In this document: positions 37,227 to 49,000 of the stretch, in pieces
How the letters are laid out: every line of letters begins with the position of its first letter
Numbering within the stretch: the stretch's first letter is position 1
Notes under the pieces: model-generated
The model's database searches: none
The model's input: the letters and a program-made list of their open reading frames with translations, nothing else
Told to the model about the DNA's origin: nothing
Program-made: the position numbers and the translations under genes
From: Takakia lepidozioides
Taxonomy: Eukaryota; Plantae; Bryophyta
Assembly: GCA_030704615.1 (NCBI GenBank)
Contig: CM060734.1
Coordinates: 6,324,001 to 6,388,000 of the forward strand
Direction of reading: 5' to 3'
DNA: 64,000 nt

Positions 37227-38225
37227 TGTTAGAGGGCTGCTTGGGACTTAGACGTTTTTACGGGTTCTGTGGGGTACCCTTAATTTTTGCGCAAACTTAT
37301 GAGTGGTAGACTGAGACCAACAGGAGCCTTAGGGGTGGCAGACGCAAGCTTTAGGGGGGGTAGACAGCTTGTCACAGTCTATCACAGCCAGACACAGTCT
37401 GACACAGCCCGACACAGCTTCGCACAGCCAGTCACAGCCCGACACAGCTTTACACAGCCCGTCACAGTCTATCACAGCCAGACACAGTTTGACACAGTTT
37501 GACACAGCCCGACATAGCTTCGCACAGCCAGTCACAGCCCGACATAGCTTTACACAGCCAGCCACAGCTCGGCACAGCTTGACACAGCCTGTCACAGTGT
37601 ACATGGGGAATAGTTATCATTGACAGGGAACGACTGTGTGGGAACGACATCTGCAGAGGGAATGTGTTACTTCAGGGGTGACGGTTAGTTAGTTAGGTGG
37701 TTAGAATAGCTTGCGGGTAGATTAGGCAGGGCGGCAACAGGAAGAGGATCACTTCTTGACTAGGGCGACTTGTTCAAGAGAGGAGGAGACTTAACGGAGA
37801 GCGGAAACAGTGAAGAGGAGATGATGACTTGATTGAGGCTTAATTCATGCAAGCTGTAAAATTATACAGTAGGGTAGATTAGGGACACCATGGCATAGGC
37901 ATGATACATGATTAATCTTAATCCGATACTGAATCAATACAAACATACTGTGTAGAGAGACATGAGAGAAGCTGTGGAATGAATGCATGATTAATTGGAA
38001 CTTAGTAGATACTGAAGCAATCTGATGCTTCAGTATACACGGTAAGGTAAATTGATAACATGAAGGCAAGAAGGAATACAAATAGGAAGCACAACCATGA
38101 TTCACTAGCTGTAGGTCATGACTGATTGTTCTGAGCGGGCTGAGTGCTTAGAGATATCCAACTCTTCTATCTTGTAGTTTCCACCTCGGATAGCGAAGGG
38201 ATGGGTGAGTAAAAGCCGCTCGACA
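37227..38225 (+). repeat. 3' LTR of element B with a 10-bp-period CACAG array (~37372-37600)
   Basis: TGTTAGAGG...GCTCGACA; matches the reconstructed 5' LTR. Confidence 0.93.
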
Positions 38226-38230
38226 GGTGT

Positions 38231-40196
38231 GTTGACCAAGGCTCATGGTATATTGAGAGGAGAACTCAAACCACGTTGGAAGGAAAGAAGGTGACTTTTG
38301 CAGCCAAGACCCAAGGAAGGGGCATGGACCAATCAGCCTCTATCAATCTGGTAGGGGAAGGTATTTGGAAGGATGTGGGTGCAGGAAGGAAGGATGTTCC
38401 TGCAATCAACAACAAGGAAGGGGCAGATCTGATGTTCTCCTGTCCCACCATCCATGTGGTTACACGAGGAGCTCAAGCTCGAGATCAGGAGCCAATCAAG
38501 GAGCAGCCAGCATGTGTACTTGAGGAAGAACGACCAAACAATGAAGAGGGCAGCTCTGAAGAAACACCATCTCTTCAACGCTCTACAAGTGAAGAGACAG
38601 CAAGAAGGATTCAGGTGACCTCCTCATCAGGGTGCCTAGCTGGAGGCCACATGAGGGGTGAGTGTTCCACCAAGACATTTTATTCTTCAGGCAGTGATGG
38701 ATCACATCATTCAGGGCAAGAAACTTTTCCTTGTGATAAAGACATTAAAGGGGACTGGCTGCCATGGAGCACACCCACCAAAGCTGTTCAGATATCACTA
38801 TTACATGCAGCTGAAAGATGGGGGGAAGAGTCTCTCATGAGCTCTGACAATCACGGGACAACAGCTGGTAGGGAGGAAAGACAGCCTGATGTACTTGAGG
38901 ATGTGGAAGCTATGCATGCTTTATGTTTTGGAGAAGTCAATGATTATCTGACAAAGGCGGAGAGCAAGAGAGCCAGCAGGCGAGCAAGGCAATACTCCTA
39001 TCTCAAAGGGGAAGTCTACTTCAAGGGAAGGGTAGTTCCACCAAGAAAGGACAGAGAGGCAATAATCAGGGAAGTGCATAAGGCCACTGGGCACTTTGGA
39101 ATCCGAAGAACTCAAGAGGAGATATGTCGGCGATACTTCTGGCATTGACAGAACGAAACTCATCAGGCAAGTGCTCAAAAGTTGTGGCAAATGTCAGACG
39201 ACCAAACAAAATGGAGTGTTACGCTCAGGTAGCTCAAGACTTCATAGCATTCCAGTAGTGGATCTGTTTTTCAGAGTTGCAATTGACACGGCAGGGCCAT
39301 TACCTATAACCAGCAGGGGCAATCAGTACTTTCTGGTAGCAATAGATCACTTTTCAAAGTGGATAGAAGCTGCACCAGTGGCAGATCATATAGCTGCTCT
39401 CACTGCCCGCTTTCTGGTGGAGGAAGTGATAGACAGGTATAGCTGCCCACACACATTGCTCACTGACAATGGCACGGAGTGGGGAGGGGAGTTTGAAGAC
39501 GCATGCCACGAATATGGTATAAAGAGGGAGCACAGTGCTCCCTACTGGCCTCAGTGTAACGGTATGGTGGAGAGGGTGATTAAGTCCCTCAAACAGAGCA
39601 TCACCACCTTGGGAGTTGGAAACGACACTAAGTGGGATCAGAATCTCTACAAAGCCTTGTTTGGTTACAGATTGGGGGTTCATGCTTCAACAGGATTCTC
39701 ACCCTATCAGGTGCTGACTGGTAGAATTCCAAGGTTGGGGATGGACAACAGGTTGCACTATCTTACAGCAACAGTAAATTTTGATGGATCTGTTGCAGAG
39801 GTTACACTTATGATGCAGCAGAAAATCCAGCTCCTCACGGAGATGAAGGCTAAGCTGCGGAAAAATGTGAAGAAAGGGCAGCGTCAGCAAGCAAAGGATT
39901 ATGAAAGGAGGCATCGAGCAGGGCATAGCTACTGCAGACTAGTGGAAAACAGCAAGGTGATGATGTTGAGGCCTGGAAAGAGGTCTTCTATGACATCCCC
40001 ATGGGAGGGACCCTATGACTTTTTGGGGTACAAGGATGCAGGAAGCACCACAAAGACAGGGGAAGCTGCACGCAGATGCATGCTTAGATATGGAGCAAAC
40101 AAGGAATGGGTAAGAAGTAGGCGGGACTTGAAACCTTTCATACCACCAGTAGGTGTTCAGCCGGTGGAGGTGGTCAGTGAGGACCCTGACAATTAA
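38231..40196 (+). pseudogene. Element A pol remainder: spacer and integrase
   Basis: VHKATGHFG..CGKCQ (HHCC), IDTAGPL, TDNGTEW, PQCNGMVER, WEGPY. No chromodomain. Confidence 0.92.
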
Positions 40197-40216
40197 AAAT
40201 GGAGACACACTACATA

Positions 40217-42666
40217 TGTAGTGTGAATGCAGGGGAGTAACATTAAAAAATTTGTTGTTACTTGTTCAGCTTCTGCATTTCTACAGGACAGGGGATCTGA
40301 TACCAGCGGGAAGGAATTTGAGCTATCCTTGTGAGGTTATTAGGAACAACATGGGAACATTGGGAAACGCTTGGCCAGGATATAGCCTAAGTACCTACAA
40401 TTTTTCATCCATCCATGCTTTATCATCCATGAGTATGAACGAATGGCCAGGTGTGCTTCTCATCCGAGTGATGAATGAAGTTCATCTATGCGTGATGGCA
40501 GGGAATGCCCTATGGGGTGCCATGAGCAGAAGAACGAGCAAGAGTGCGTGTAACAGGGAGTGCGGGAAGAAAAACACTTGGAGGATTTTGCTGCGGGAAA
40601 TGGAATGAGCAGGGAGAGTAGGAAGAAACACAAAGAGGAGATTCTGCTGTGAGTCAATGGTGCCGCCATCTTCGTGGTAATAATCAAATTCTGGAGGAGA
40701 TACTTGCAGGGAGATTGGGTAGCTTAGGGCTTGCTGGAGGATGATCGTACAGGGAATAGCTTGGAAGAGTTGTGCTCAAGCCAGGTGAAGGGAGGCGGTG
40801 CTGTCACTGATCTTGTGCAACCACCAAAGCCGCCATTGCCTTGATGAACATAATCATGGGAGGATGAGCTTGCAAGGGAAACGGCCAGCTGCCAGAGAAC
40901 AGGGAGGTGGGGTTGCTGGCACAATCAATGGTGAGTTAGGATGAGGAGAAGCTCGACATAACGAGCATCTGCCAGAGCGAATGAAGGATTGGCTTGTGGA
41001 TGGTGACTCAGGTTATCTGTAAGTAAGGAGGTAAAGAGTGGAATGTACAGATGCAAGAAGCTTTCAGATAATCACTGTCTTCTTGCTATAAGATCATATC
41101 AGATCTTAGGGTAGGTTTGCTTAGATAGTGAGGTAGGGTAGTTAGTTGGCAAGCTACAGGGGTGTTGCCATAGGCTGAAGCAGGGCCGTCATGACTTAAT
41201 GAACGCTGGAATTGTCAAATCCAGACGAGAAGAGGAGTTAAGGTAGCTGCTGATGGAGATGGTGAGGTGCCATTTTGGGCAGGCAGACCCACCGCTTCAC
41301 CTGGAGTATAAGACATATAAGTTCGTAGACACAAGGCTTCTTCTTTTTGGCACTTAGGAATCGTTGTTGTGAAATTTTGGTAGAGACTCTCAAACTGAGA
41401 GCGTGATGAGGACAGGAAAAAAACTTTGAAAATGGGATGGAGACTCTGGACTTCAAACCAGGATGGGGTGGAGATGAATGGATCTGATGCACATGTCTGT
41501 AGGAGTGCTGATTGAGGACAGATGTAGTTCACCCACAGTGACAAAATGCTTGATGTTTGTTTTGTTTTTGTTCCTTTGGCTTCAATATCATGAATCTACA
41601 TACAATGCGGCTTTGGGATTTTGATGATTAGATGTAAATGCAATCCAGTGTAGTTGATGTGAGCACTAGTGAGGGTTAGCTGTAATCTCTTGAAATCAGA
41701 AAGAGGAAGAGGTGGATGGCTGGATACAAAGAGTAGGGCACATTGAATGAATATGCTTGCACACTGTAAGGCAATCAGATTCCAAGTTTAATTACTAGAG
41801 GTGGATGGGGCTGCAAACTGACACTGATGTATAGTTTAGAACTGGTTCAGAGTGGACTCAGCATTTGAACTCTGTTGGTTCAAATCTAAAAGTGCAAAAG
41901 TGAGCTGTTGGGGTGTGTAGATGCAGATCTGTAGAAGGGTTGGGAACTGACTGACAAACTGGGTTGACCCTGGAGGCAAACAGTGTGAAGGGTCTGTTTT
42001 GGGTGAGAGAAAGACTGATGGAAGAGCTGATCATGTCTTGTGTGACCAAGGTTTGATTCCAAGGCTGGATTCACTGGATACATGGCTGAATGTGTTTGCA
42101 TTGCATGTAGATAGGCTGTTGGTTGGAAGAAAATGAGCCAGGGAATTTTACAGCAGGAAGGAGAGAGAAAAGGTTTGGGAAGGGAGAGAGCTGCTTAGTA
42201 AAAGGGGTAACGAGGGATGGTCAACTGGGAGATAGAGGAAAAACCATGACATCTGCAAAGAATCACTAGGCCTGTAATTCATGGCAGATCTGAGTTGCCT
42301 TTCTCTTATCAGTGATCTCATTACAAAAGGGGTTTCGACGTGTGTTGCTCAAGGGTGATGCCCACATGGGTCGCATTTAGCTCCGTCATAGGGCTGGTTG
42401 TATCACTGAAAACATCACAACAACACCATTGGTGCTGCAATTGTATAAAGATTGTGTAAATCATGAACAAGAAGGATTCAATCCCCATACATGTTTTCTC
42501 TTCCGCTGCGGCGTGAATGAGGATTTATGAACTCTGATCATGAACGATAGGAGGGAAACCCATAACCGTGTGCCGCTGGTAGATTGCTAGGTTGTTCTTT
42601 TTATTGGAAGAAGTACAGTTAGAATTACACAGAAGGGGATTTATGCCCCCTTCTTTTCACACTACA
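40217..42666 (+). repeat. 3' LTR of element A
   Basis: TGTAGTGTGAA...TTCACACTACA (11-bp terminal inverted repeat), followed by TSD CCTTG. Confidence 0.95.
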
Positions 42667-42671
42667 CCTTG

Positions 42672-42840
42672 CAAAGGAGGTCCTGAGGACGTCTTTGATG
42701 CCGATGACAATGACCTGGCGGACAGCAACGAAGCCCTTTGATTTTTGAAATGATGAGAAGCGGAAGAGCAGTGCGGGCTCCAATAATGGAGCATCTGGGT
42801 CCCACCTACCCACCAATCATCGTGTAACGTGTTCATCACG
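42672..42840 (-). pseudogene. CCQW-family copy 1, 5' part
   Basis: GLRCCPPGHCHRHQRRPQDLLCKDVV, joined across the TSD, parallels RCCLLHPGAAVIERTPLIFCKDVV of copy 2. Start position uncertain. Confidence 0.55.
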
Positions 42841-43098
42841 CTAGCGGTGGATGAACCGCTACCTCTTTCTCATCCACGGGGAATAGTTTGTAATCTGCCA
42901 CCGAAGTCCATCCCCTGGATGGAAATTCGGCGCTGCATTTACATCAAAGGGGGGATGGACTTTGTCGTCTCGAGTGGCTATAGGCCCACCTGGCACTTAC
43001 GGCCCATAGTTTGCATGGCACGGAAGGAAACTGAAACGGCTACATTCATGGAGCAGCCAATCTTCATCCGTGCAGGTTCCTGTAGGGGGGAAATTTAA

Positions 43099-43549
43099 AT
43101 GTGCCCTGGAGTGTTAGTGAGGAATTGTAGCGTTTGCAAACACATTGTCATGTCCTTGAACTACTTCCAGCCACCGCGCTGCTGTCTCCTCCATCCGGGA
43201 GCTGCTGTCATTGAGCGTACTCCGCTAATCTTTTGCAAGGATGTCGTGCCACCGCAATCCTGCCACGATTATGGCCACGATCATGGCCACAATTATGCGA
43301 TGTTCAAACCAAAATCAGGAGACATCATTGTGTGGCTCTTTGTTTTCACTGACGCTTCTGGAATCAAGCAGGAGTCTGTGCGCAATGGAGTATTTGGAGG
43401 GCTATTACCGCTTTGAGCGAGGTGAGGGCGAGGGTCAATGTGGTCCGTTGGTCCTGAAAATTGTTGACCTCGATATACCAAGCTGGAATGGGATGCCGGA
43501 CAGATCACGCACAGCCTCGCTTTGGCACTGGAACTGCTGCCAGTGGACG
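43099..43549 (+). pseudogene. CCQW-family copy 2 (frameshifted, 3'-truncated by the MULE end)
   Basis: NYAMFKPKSGDIIVW, LCAMEYLEGYYRFERG, SRTASLWHWNCCQWT. Confidence 0.75.
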
Positions 43550-43590
43550 GGGGCTGCTATTTCATGAGCCATGAGCCATGAGCCATGAGC
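43550..43590 (+). mobile_element. Putative MULE-type terminus, copy B, with (ATGAGCC)x4
   Basis: Same 27-mer as at 16749; joined to chromovirus pol through AGC microhomology, consistent with a deletion junction. Confidence 0.65.
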
Positions 43591-46043
43591 AAAAACTGGG
43601 GTTCGTGTGCCTCCTCCACGGCCCACTCCCTTGCTGACAGAAGGTTTATTCGCCCTCCCACGGATTTGGGCATTTCCGACACTCGTAAGACCTCGCCACC
43701 ATCCCACATAGAAGCGTGACTACTCTCTTGCGGCCATCTATGACCGCTCCGGATTTGCTCAAAAAGGTCATCCCCAAAATGAGATCTACTCCATCGATCT
43801 CGCAGATGGTGAAGTTCTCACGTCCCTCCCAACTCCCCAGTTGAAGAGGAACATCAAACGCCAACCTTGTCGCCAATTGTGGTTCTCCTTTGGCAGAACG
43901 CACCTCAATAGAGGCCCCCACGTCACTTGTTGGGAGTCCCAGCTTTTGTGCCGTTGCCGGTGTCATGAAGGAGTGCGACGCTCCTGTGTCCACCAACAAC
44001 GACACATTAGTTCCGGATATTATCCCATCCACGAACAATAACTGACTCCCTTTTCGTAAGGCGCCAGTTTCCTGATACAACTCACAAGAAAATTTGCCTA
44101 CCTTGCAAGTCCTGGCGACCACCGCTTCCACCAAGCGACTGATGGTATCTTCCGACAGCTCCGTGGTCGCCCGAGTCATGTTCAATTGCCGGGGCTTCGT
44201 GCACTTCTTGGCCATGTGCCCGGGCTCTCCGCAATTGAAACACACTCCATCAAAGGTCGCCTTCTGTCCGCCATAAGCCGCTCCACCCGCTTTTCCTTTC
44301 GAAGCACCGGGTGCCGCCTTGACGTGTGAAGGCCCTCCCTTCGATTTCCACGTGCCATTGTCGCCGCGTGGCCTATCCCACTTCTTTTCCGGTCGGAAGG
44401 AGTCACCTTCCCGCCGGGTCTTCTTGTGGTTCAGCTCCGTACGGCCTTGTCTCTCACCCCTAGGGACATCCGAGAAACATTCAGCCCTCTCAATTGCCTC
44501 GTTCAAAGTCTTGGGTGGCTTCTCCTCCAACTTCCGCCTGGCCCATGGGGCCAGTCCCGCCACAAAGTTGAAGACCATTTTTGGTTCTGCCATGTCCGTG
44601 ACTTCGAGCAACAGCACATTGAAAGCCTGGACATACACCCGAATGTCATCTGTTTGCTTCAAATTCCTCATCTTGTCCCGGGCAAGCCAGGACGCGTTGA
44701 GGGGCACAAACTGTCTCTTCATCAATTCCTTGAACCCACTCCAGTTCAAGGTTTTCGGACTTGGACCTCGGTCGTGAAGGCGTTTCTACCACCATTGTTG
44801 AGCATAGCCCCTCAAATAGGTGGGAGCCACTTCCACGTGATCCTCGTCACTCAACTTGGCCGCCCGGAAGTATTGCTGCAGCTCCAAGAGCCAGGTGTTG
44901 AGTGCCTTCCGATTTCGGACGCCCTCGAAGGTGTCGGGTTCCTTAGGCTTCACCTTAAACTTTGCCTTAGTGGAAGTGGCATTAGCCGCCTTCAACACGT
45001 CTTTCAACGTCCCGCCAAACTGCGCCAACAACCCTTCCCAAAAGGCTGCCGGCATGGGAGGCATCTCTTGGTTTGTCGGAGCTCTCAAGGATTCCTCGGG
45101 CTCCGACTCCTCGGATTCCTCCCGCTCTTGAGCGGCCTCGTTTTCGGAAACATGCATCGCTTCCTCAAACGGCCGCCTCGGTGACACGTCGCCCCCATCG
45201 GGCTCACCGGGATCATCATCTTTTGGGCCGTTCCGCTTTCGCTTCGGCTTACCCGACCCCATGATGAGGCCAATCCCAAGAACGATCGCGTACTGAACTC
45301 TAAGCTCTGATACCAAGTGTCGCGCACCTCACCTCGGTAAGCTCCCCTTCAAGTCATAGTTACTCGCTTTGATGCGCGCGCCTGACTCCCAACCTGGCCG
45401 CAGGGCCAACTTGGAGCTTCGGTTGCTCACCGGGACATAACGGTCCCCCCTTCGCTTCCCACTAAACCCTCCACCCCTTTGGGCCTAGAGGAATTCCCTT
45501 TGGTAGATGGCAGTCCGGAACAGCTCCCCACTCTTTGGTCGCTTTCCGGTTCGCACGCTTACTCACTAGTTTTTGGTCACCAACGGGCTTGCACCGTTCT
45601 CGGGGTTACTACTCCCTATATATACTTCTGTAGCTGTCCGCGGGGGTTTCACAACCAGCCATGCCATTTTATGGCGAACCACCACGAAAACCCTCGACTC
45701 CCGGTGATGGGTCGCGGTGAGTCTTGGCCCGCTCACCACGGCCCCTATGGACCGTGATGAGTCCCAAGACTCCCCACGACTCCCACCACGAGGTCTCCGC
45801 CCCCATGGTGAGTCCTATGCCACCCCCACTAAGTCCCGCTAAGCTACCACCACCTCTTGTGGAGCCACCCCCACCGCAACCCGGTGTGCGAGGCTCCACC
45901 TAGTGAGCGCCTCCGCCTCCTTGAGTGCCTTGGGCACTCAAGGGTGCTTCAGCCCCCCATACCTATCGCTGTCGCTGCCCCCACCACAAGGGCAGCCCCT
46001 CATGTGTCCCGACCCCTTGCCCTCAAGGCAAAGGGCCGCGACA
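43591..46043 (-). mobile_element. Chromovirus copy (minus strand): 5' LTR, PBS, gag, protease; 3' part deleted
   Basis: LTR 45318-46043; PBS TGGTATCAGAGCTT (reverse complement of 45302-45315); gag KPKEPDTFEG..CFNCGEPGHMAKKC; protease LVDTGASHSF..DLILGM. Confidence 0.92.
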
Positions 46044-49000
46044 GGCTATGCTCAACAATGGTGGTAGAAACGCCTTCACGACCGAGGTCCAAACCCGGAA
46101 ACCTTGAACTGGAGTGGGTTCAAGGAACTGATGAAGAGACAGTTTGTGCCCCTCAACGCGTCCTGGCTCGCCCGGGACAAGATGAGGAATCTAAAGCAAA
46201 TGGATGAAATTCGGGGATATGTTCAGGCTTTCAATGTGTTGTTGTTCGAAGTCGCAGACATGGTAGAACCAGAAATGGTCTTCAACTTTGTGGCGGGACT
46301 GGCCCCATAGGCCAGACGGAAGTTGAAAGAGAAGCCACCTAAGACTTTGAACGAGGCAATTGAGAGGGCTGAATGTTTCTCGGATGTCCCTAGGGGCGTA
46401 CGGAGCTGAACCACAAGAAGACCCGGCGGGAGGGTGACTCCTTTCGACCGGAAAAGACGTGGGATAGGCCATGCGGCGACAATGGCACGTGGAAATCAAA
46501 AGAAGGGCCTTCACACGCCAAGACGACACCTGGTGCTCAGAAAGGAAAATCAGGTGCGACGCCTTATGGCGAACAAAAGGCAACCTTCGATGGAGTGTGC
46601 TTCAATTGTGGGGAGCCCGGGCACATGGCCAAAAAGTGTACAAATCCCAGCCAATTGAACATAACTCGGGCAACCACGGAGTTGTCCGAAGCTTCCATCA
46701 GCCGCTTGGTGGAGGCGGTGGTCGCCAAGACTTGCAAGATAGACAACTACTCTTGTGAGTTGTATCAGGAAACTGATGCCTTGCGTAAATGGAGGTAGTT
46801 AATGTTTGTGAGTGGGATAATCTCCGGAACTAACGTGTCGTTGTTGGTGGACACAAGAGCGTCGCACTCCTTCATGACACCGGCAATGGCACGGAAGCTG
46901 AGACTCCCAACAAGTGATGTGGGGGCCTCTATTGAGGTGCGTTCTGCCAAAGGAGAACCACAATTGGTGACGAGGTTGGCATTCGATGTTCCTCTTCAGC
47001 TCAGGAGTTGGGAAGGACGTGAGAACTTCACCATTTGCGAGATCGATGGAGTGGATCTCATTTTGGGAATGACCTTTTTGAGCAAATCCGGAGCGGTTAG
47101 ATGGCCGCAAGAGAATAGTCACACTACCGTGTGGGAATGGTGGCGAAGTTTTAAGAGTGTCGGAAACGCCCAACCCAGTGGGAGGGCGAATAAACCTGTT
47201 GTCAGCAAAGGAGTGGGCCGTGGAGGAGCCACACGAGCCCCAGTTTTTGCTTTACGTGAGACAAGTGAAGGGAGAAGGCGATAGGGAACCGAGCCCAGAT
47301 TGGATCAAGGGGATTTTGGAGAAATACCAGGATGTGATGCCGGAGGATTTACCAAACGGCTTGCCACCGCGAAGAGGAGTTGACCACAAGATTGAGGTGA
47401 TACCAGGATCGGAGCCGCCTGCCAAGGCGCCCTACCGGTTGAGCCACAGAGAGTTGGTCAAGCTGAAGACTCAGCTCAAAGATCTAATGTCAAAGGGGTA
47501 CATCCGGCCGAGTAAGTCACCTTACGGAGCCCCGGTGCTATTCGCAAACAAGAAGGATAGGACGTTGCGGATGTGTGTCGATTACAGGGCTCTAAATAAG
47601 GTGACTATAAAAAACCGGTACCCTTTACCAAGGATCGACGACCTCTTTGATCGGTTGGCAGAAGCGAAGTATTTCAGCCGGATCGATTTGCGCTCTGGCT
47701 ACCATCAAATTCGAGTGGCGGAAGGAGACGAGGAGAAGACCGCGTGCAGGACAAGGTATGGTTCATATGAGTTCTTGGTGATGCCTTTTGGGCTCACCAA
47801 CGCACCCGCGACCTTTAGCACACTAATGAACAACATTTTCCATGAGTGGTTGGATGACTTTGTGATCGTGTACATCAACAACATCTTGGTGTACTCGAAA
47901 ACAAAGAAAGAGCACCTGGAGCACCTAAAAAGGGTATTCCAGAATTTGCGGGAAATGAAGCTGTATGCCAAAGCTTCAAAGTGCGAATTCAGGGTCACAA
48001 AAGTGGAGTTCCTGGGGCATGTGATTACACAGGATGGGATCAAAATGAATGACAAAAATGTGAGGGCGATTTTGGATTGGGAGGCTCCGACTTCGGTCCC
48101 GGGAGTGCGATCCTTCCTAGGACTCGCCTCCTATTACCGAAAGTATGTGAGAAATTTCGCCAAGATCGCGGGGCCGCTGTCAGACATCCTGTGTAAATCC
48201 AAAGTCTGGGTATGGAACACCTTTTGTGGCCAAGCTTTTGCCGAGTTGAAGCAGCGGATGGCGGAAGCTCCAGTCCTCAAAATTCCGGAGTTCGACCGTC
48301 CATTTGAGATCCATACAGATGCGTCGGACTTCGCAATTGGGGGTGTACTCATGCAGGATGGACGTCCAGTGGCTTACGAAAGTACGAAACTGAATGAAGT
48401 GGAGCGACAGTGGCCTACGCACGAGAAAGAAATGAAGGCAGTAGTGCATTGCCTTGAGCTTTGGCGCCACTATATTGGTTCCAACCCGGTGAAGGTGTTC
48501 ACGGACAATGTCACGGTGAAGTATTTTGCCACGCAGCCTAAGTTGTCCCCAAAACAAATTAGGTGGCAAGACACTTTGGCACTATTCGACATGGATATCC
48601 AGTACAAACCGGGACGGGACAATGTGGTGGCCGATGCTTTAAGTAGAAAGAAGCAGCTCATGATGGTGTATAGGGGCGAGACGGTGCTCCAAAGGAAGAT
48701 CCGGAAGGCTTACCGGAATGATGAGATGGCGAAGTCCGTGATGCGGGACTTGAGGATGGGGGTTAAATCGCAGTTCCACTTGCAAAATGGACTGCTCCGG
48801 TACAAGCAAAAGCGTCTCTACATGCCGAAGGGAGGGATCAGAGATAGTCTCTTTAGAGAATGCCATGATGGTCCGCTTGCGGGCCACGGCGGAGCCAAAC
48901 GCTCCACAGCACTCTTGAAGAAAGAGTATTTCTGGTCCAAACTGAGGGAGGAGGCCGAGGTGTATGTCAAGACATGCACCACATGCCAACAAAACCGGAG

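Larger units (their letters stand above)
24298..38225 (+). mobile_element. Nested Ty3/gypsy element B (Athila/OTA-like, ~1-kb LTRs) with a large 3' extra ORF
   Basis: The 5' LTR is split by the inversion (24690->24298 plus 25355-26021). 3' LTR 37227-38225 (TG..CA). TSD GGTGT (reverse complement of 24691-24695; 38226-38230). PBS and PPT present. Confidence 0.93.
18507..42666 (+). mobile_element. Ty3/gypsy non-chromovirus LTR retrotransposon A (2.4-kb LTRs) hosting a nested element
   Basis: Near-identical LTRs at 18507-20942 and 40217-42666; TSD CCTTG (18502-18506 / 42667-42671); Met-tRNA PBS; gag-PR-RT-RH-IN order. The RH motifs DVDWS and HPMEGECYAL recall bryophyte non-chromoviruses (from memory, unverified). 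Confidence 0.95.

Noticed and set aside
44319-45184. Long antisense ORFs over chromovirus gag, and similar ones over other pol genes
   Set aside because: Shadow frames of GC-rich coding sequence with no independent motifs.
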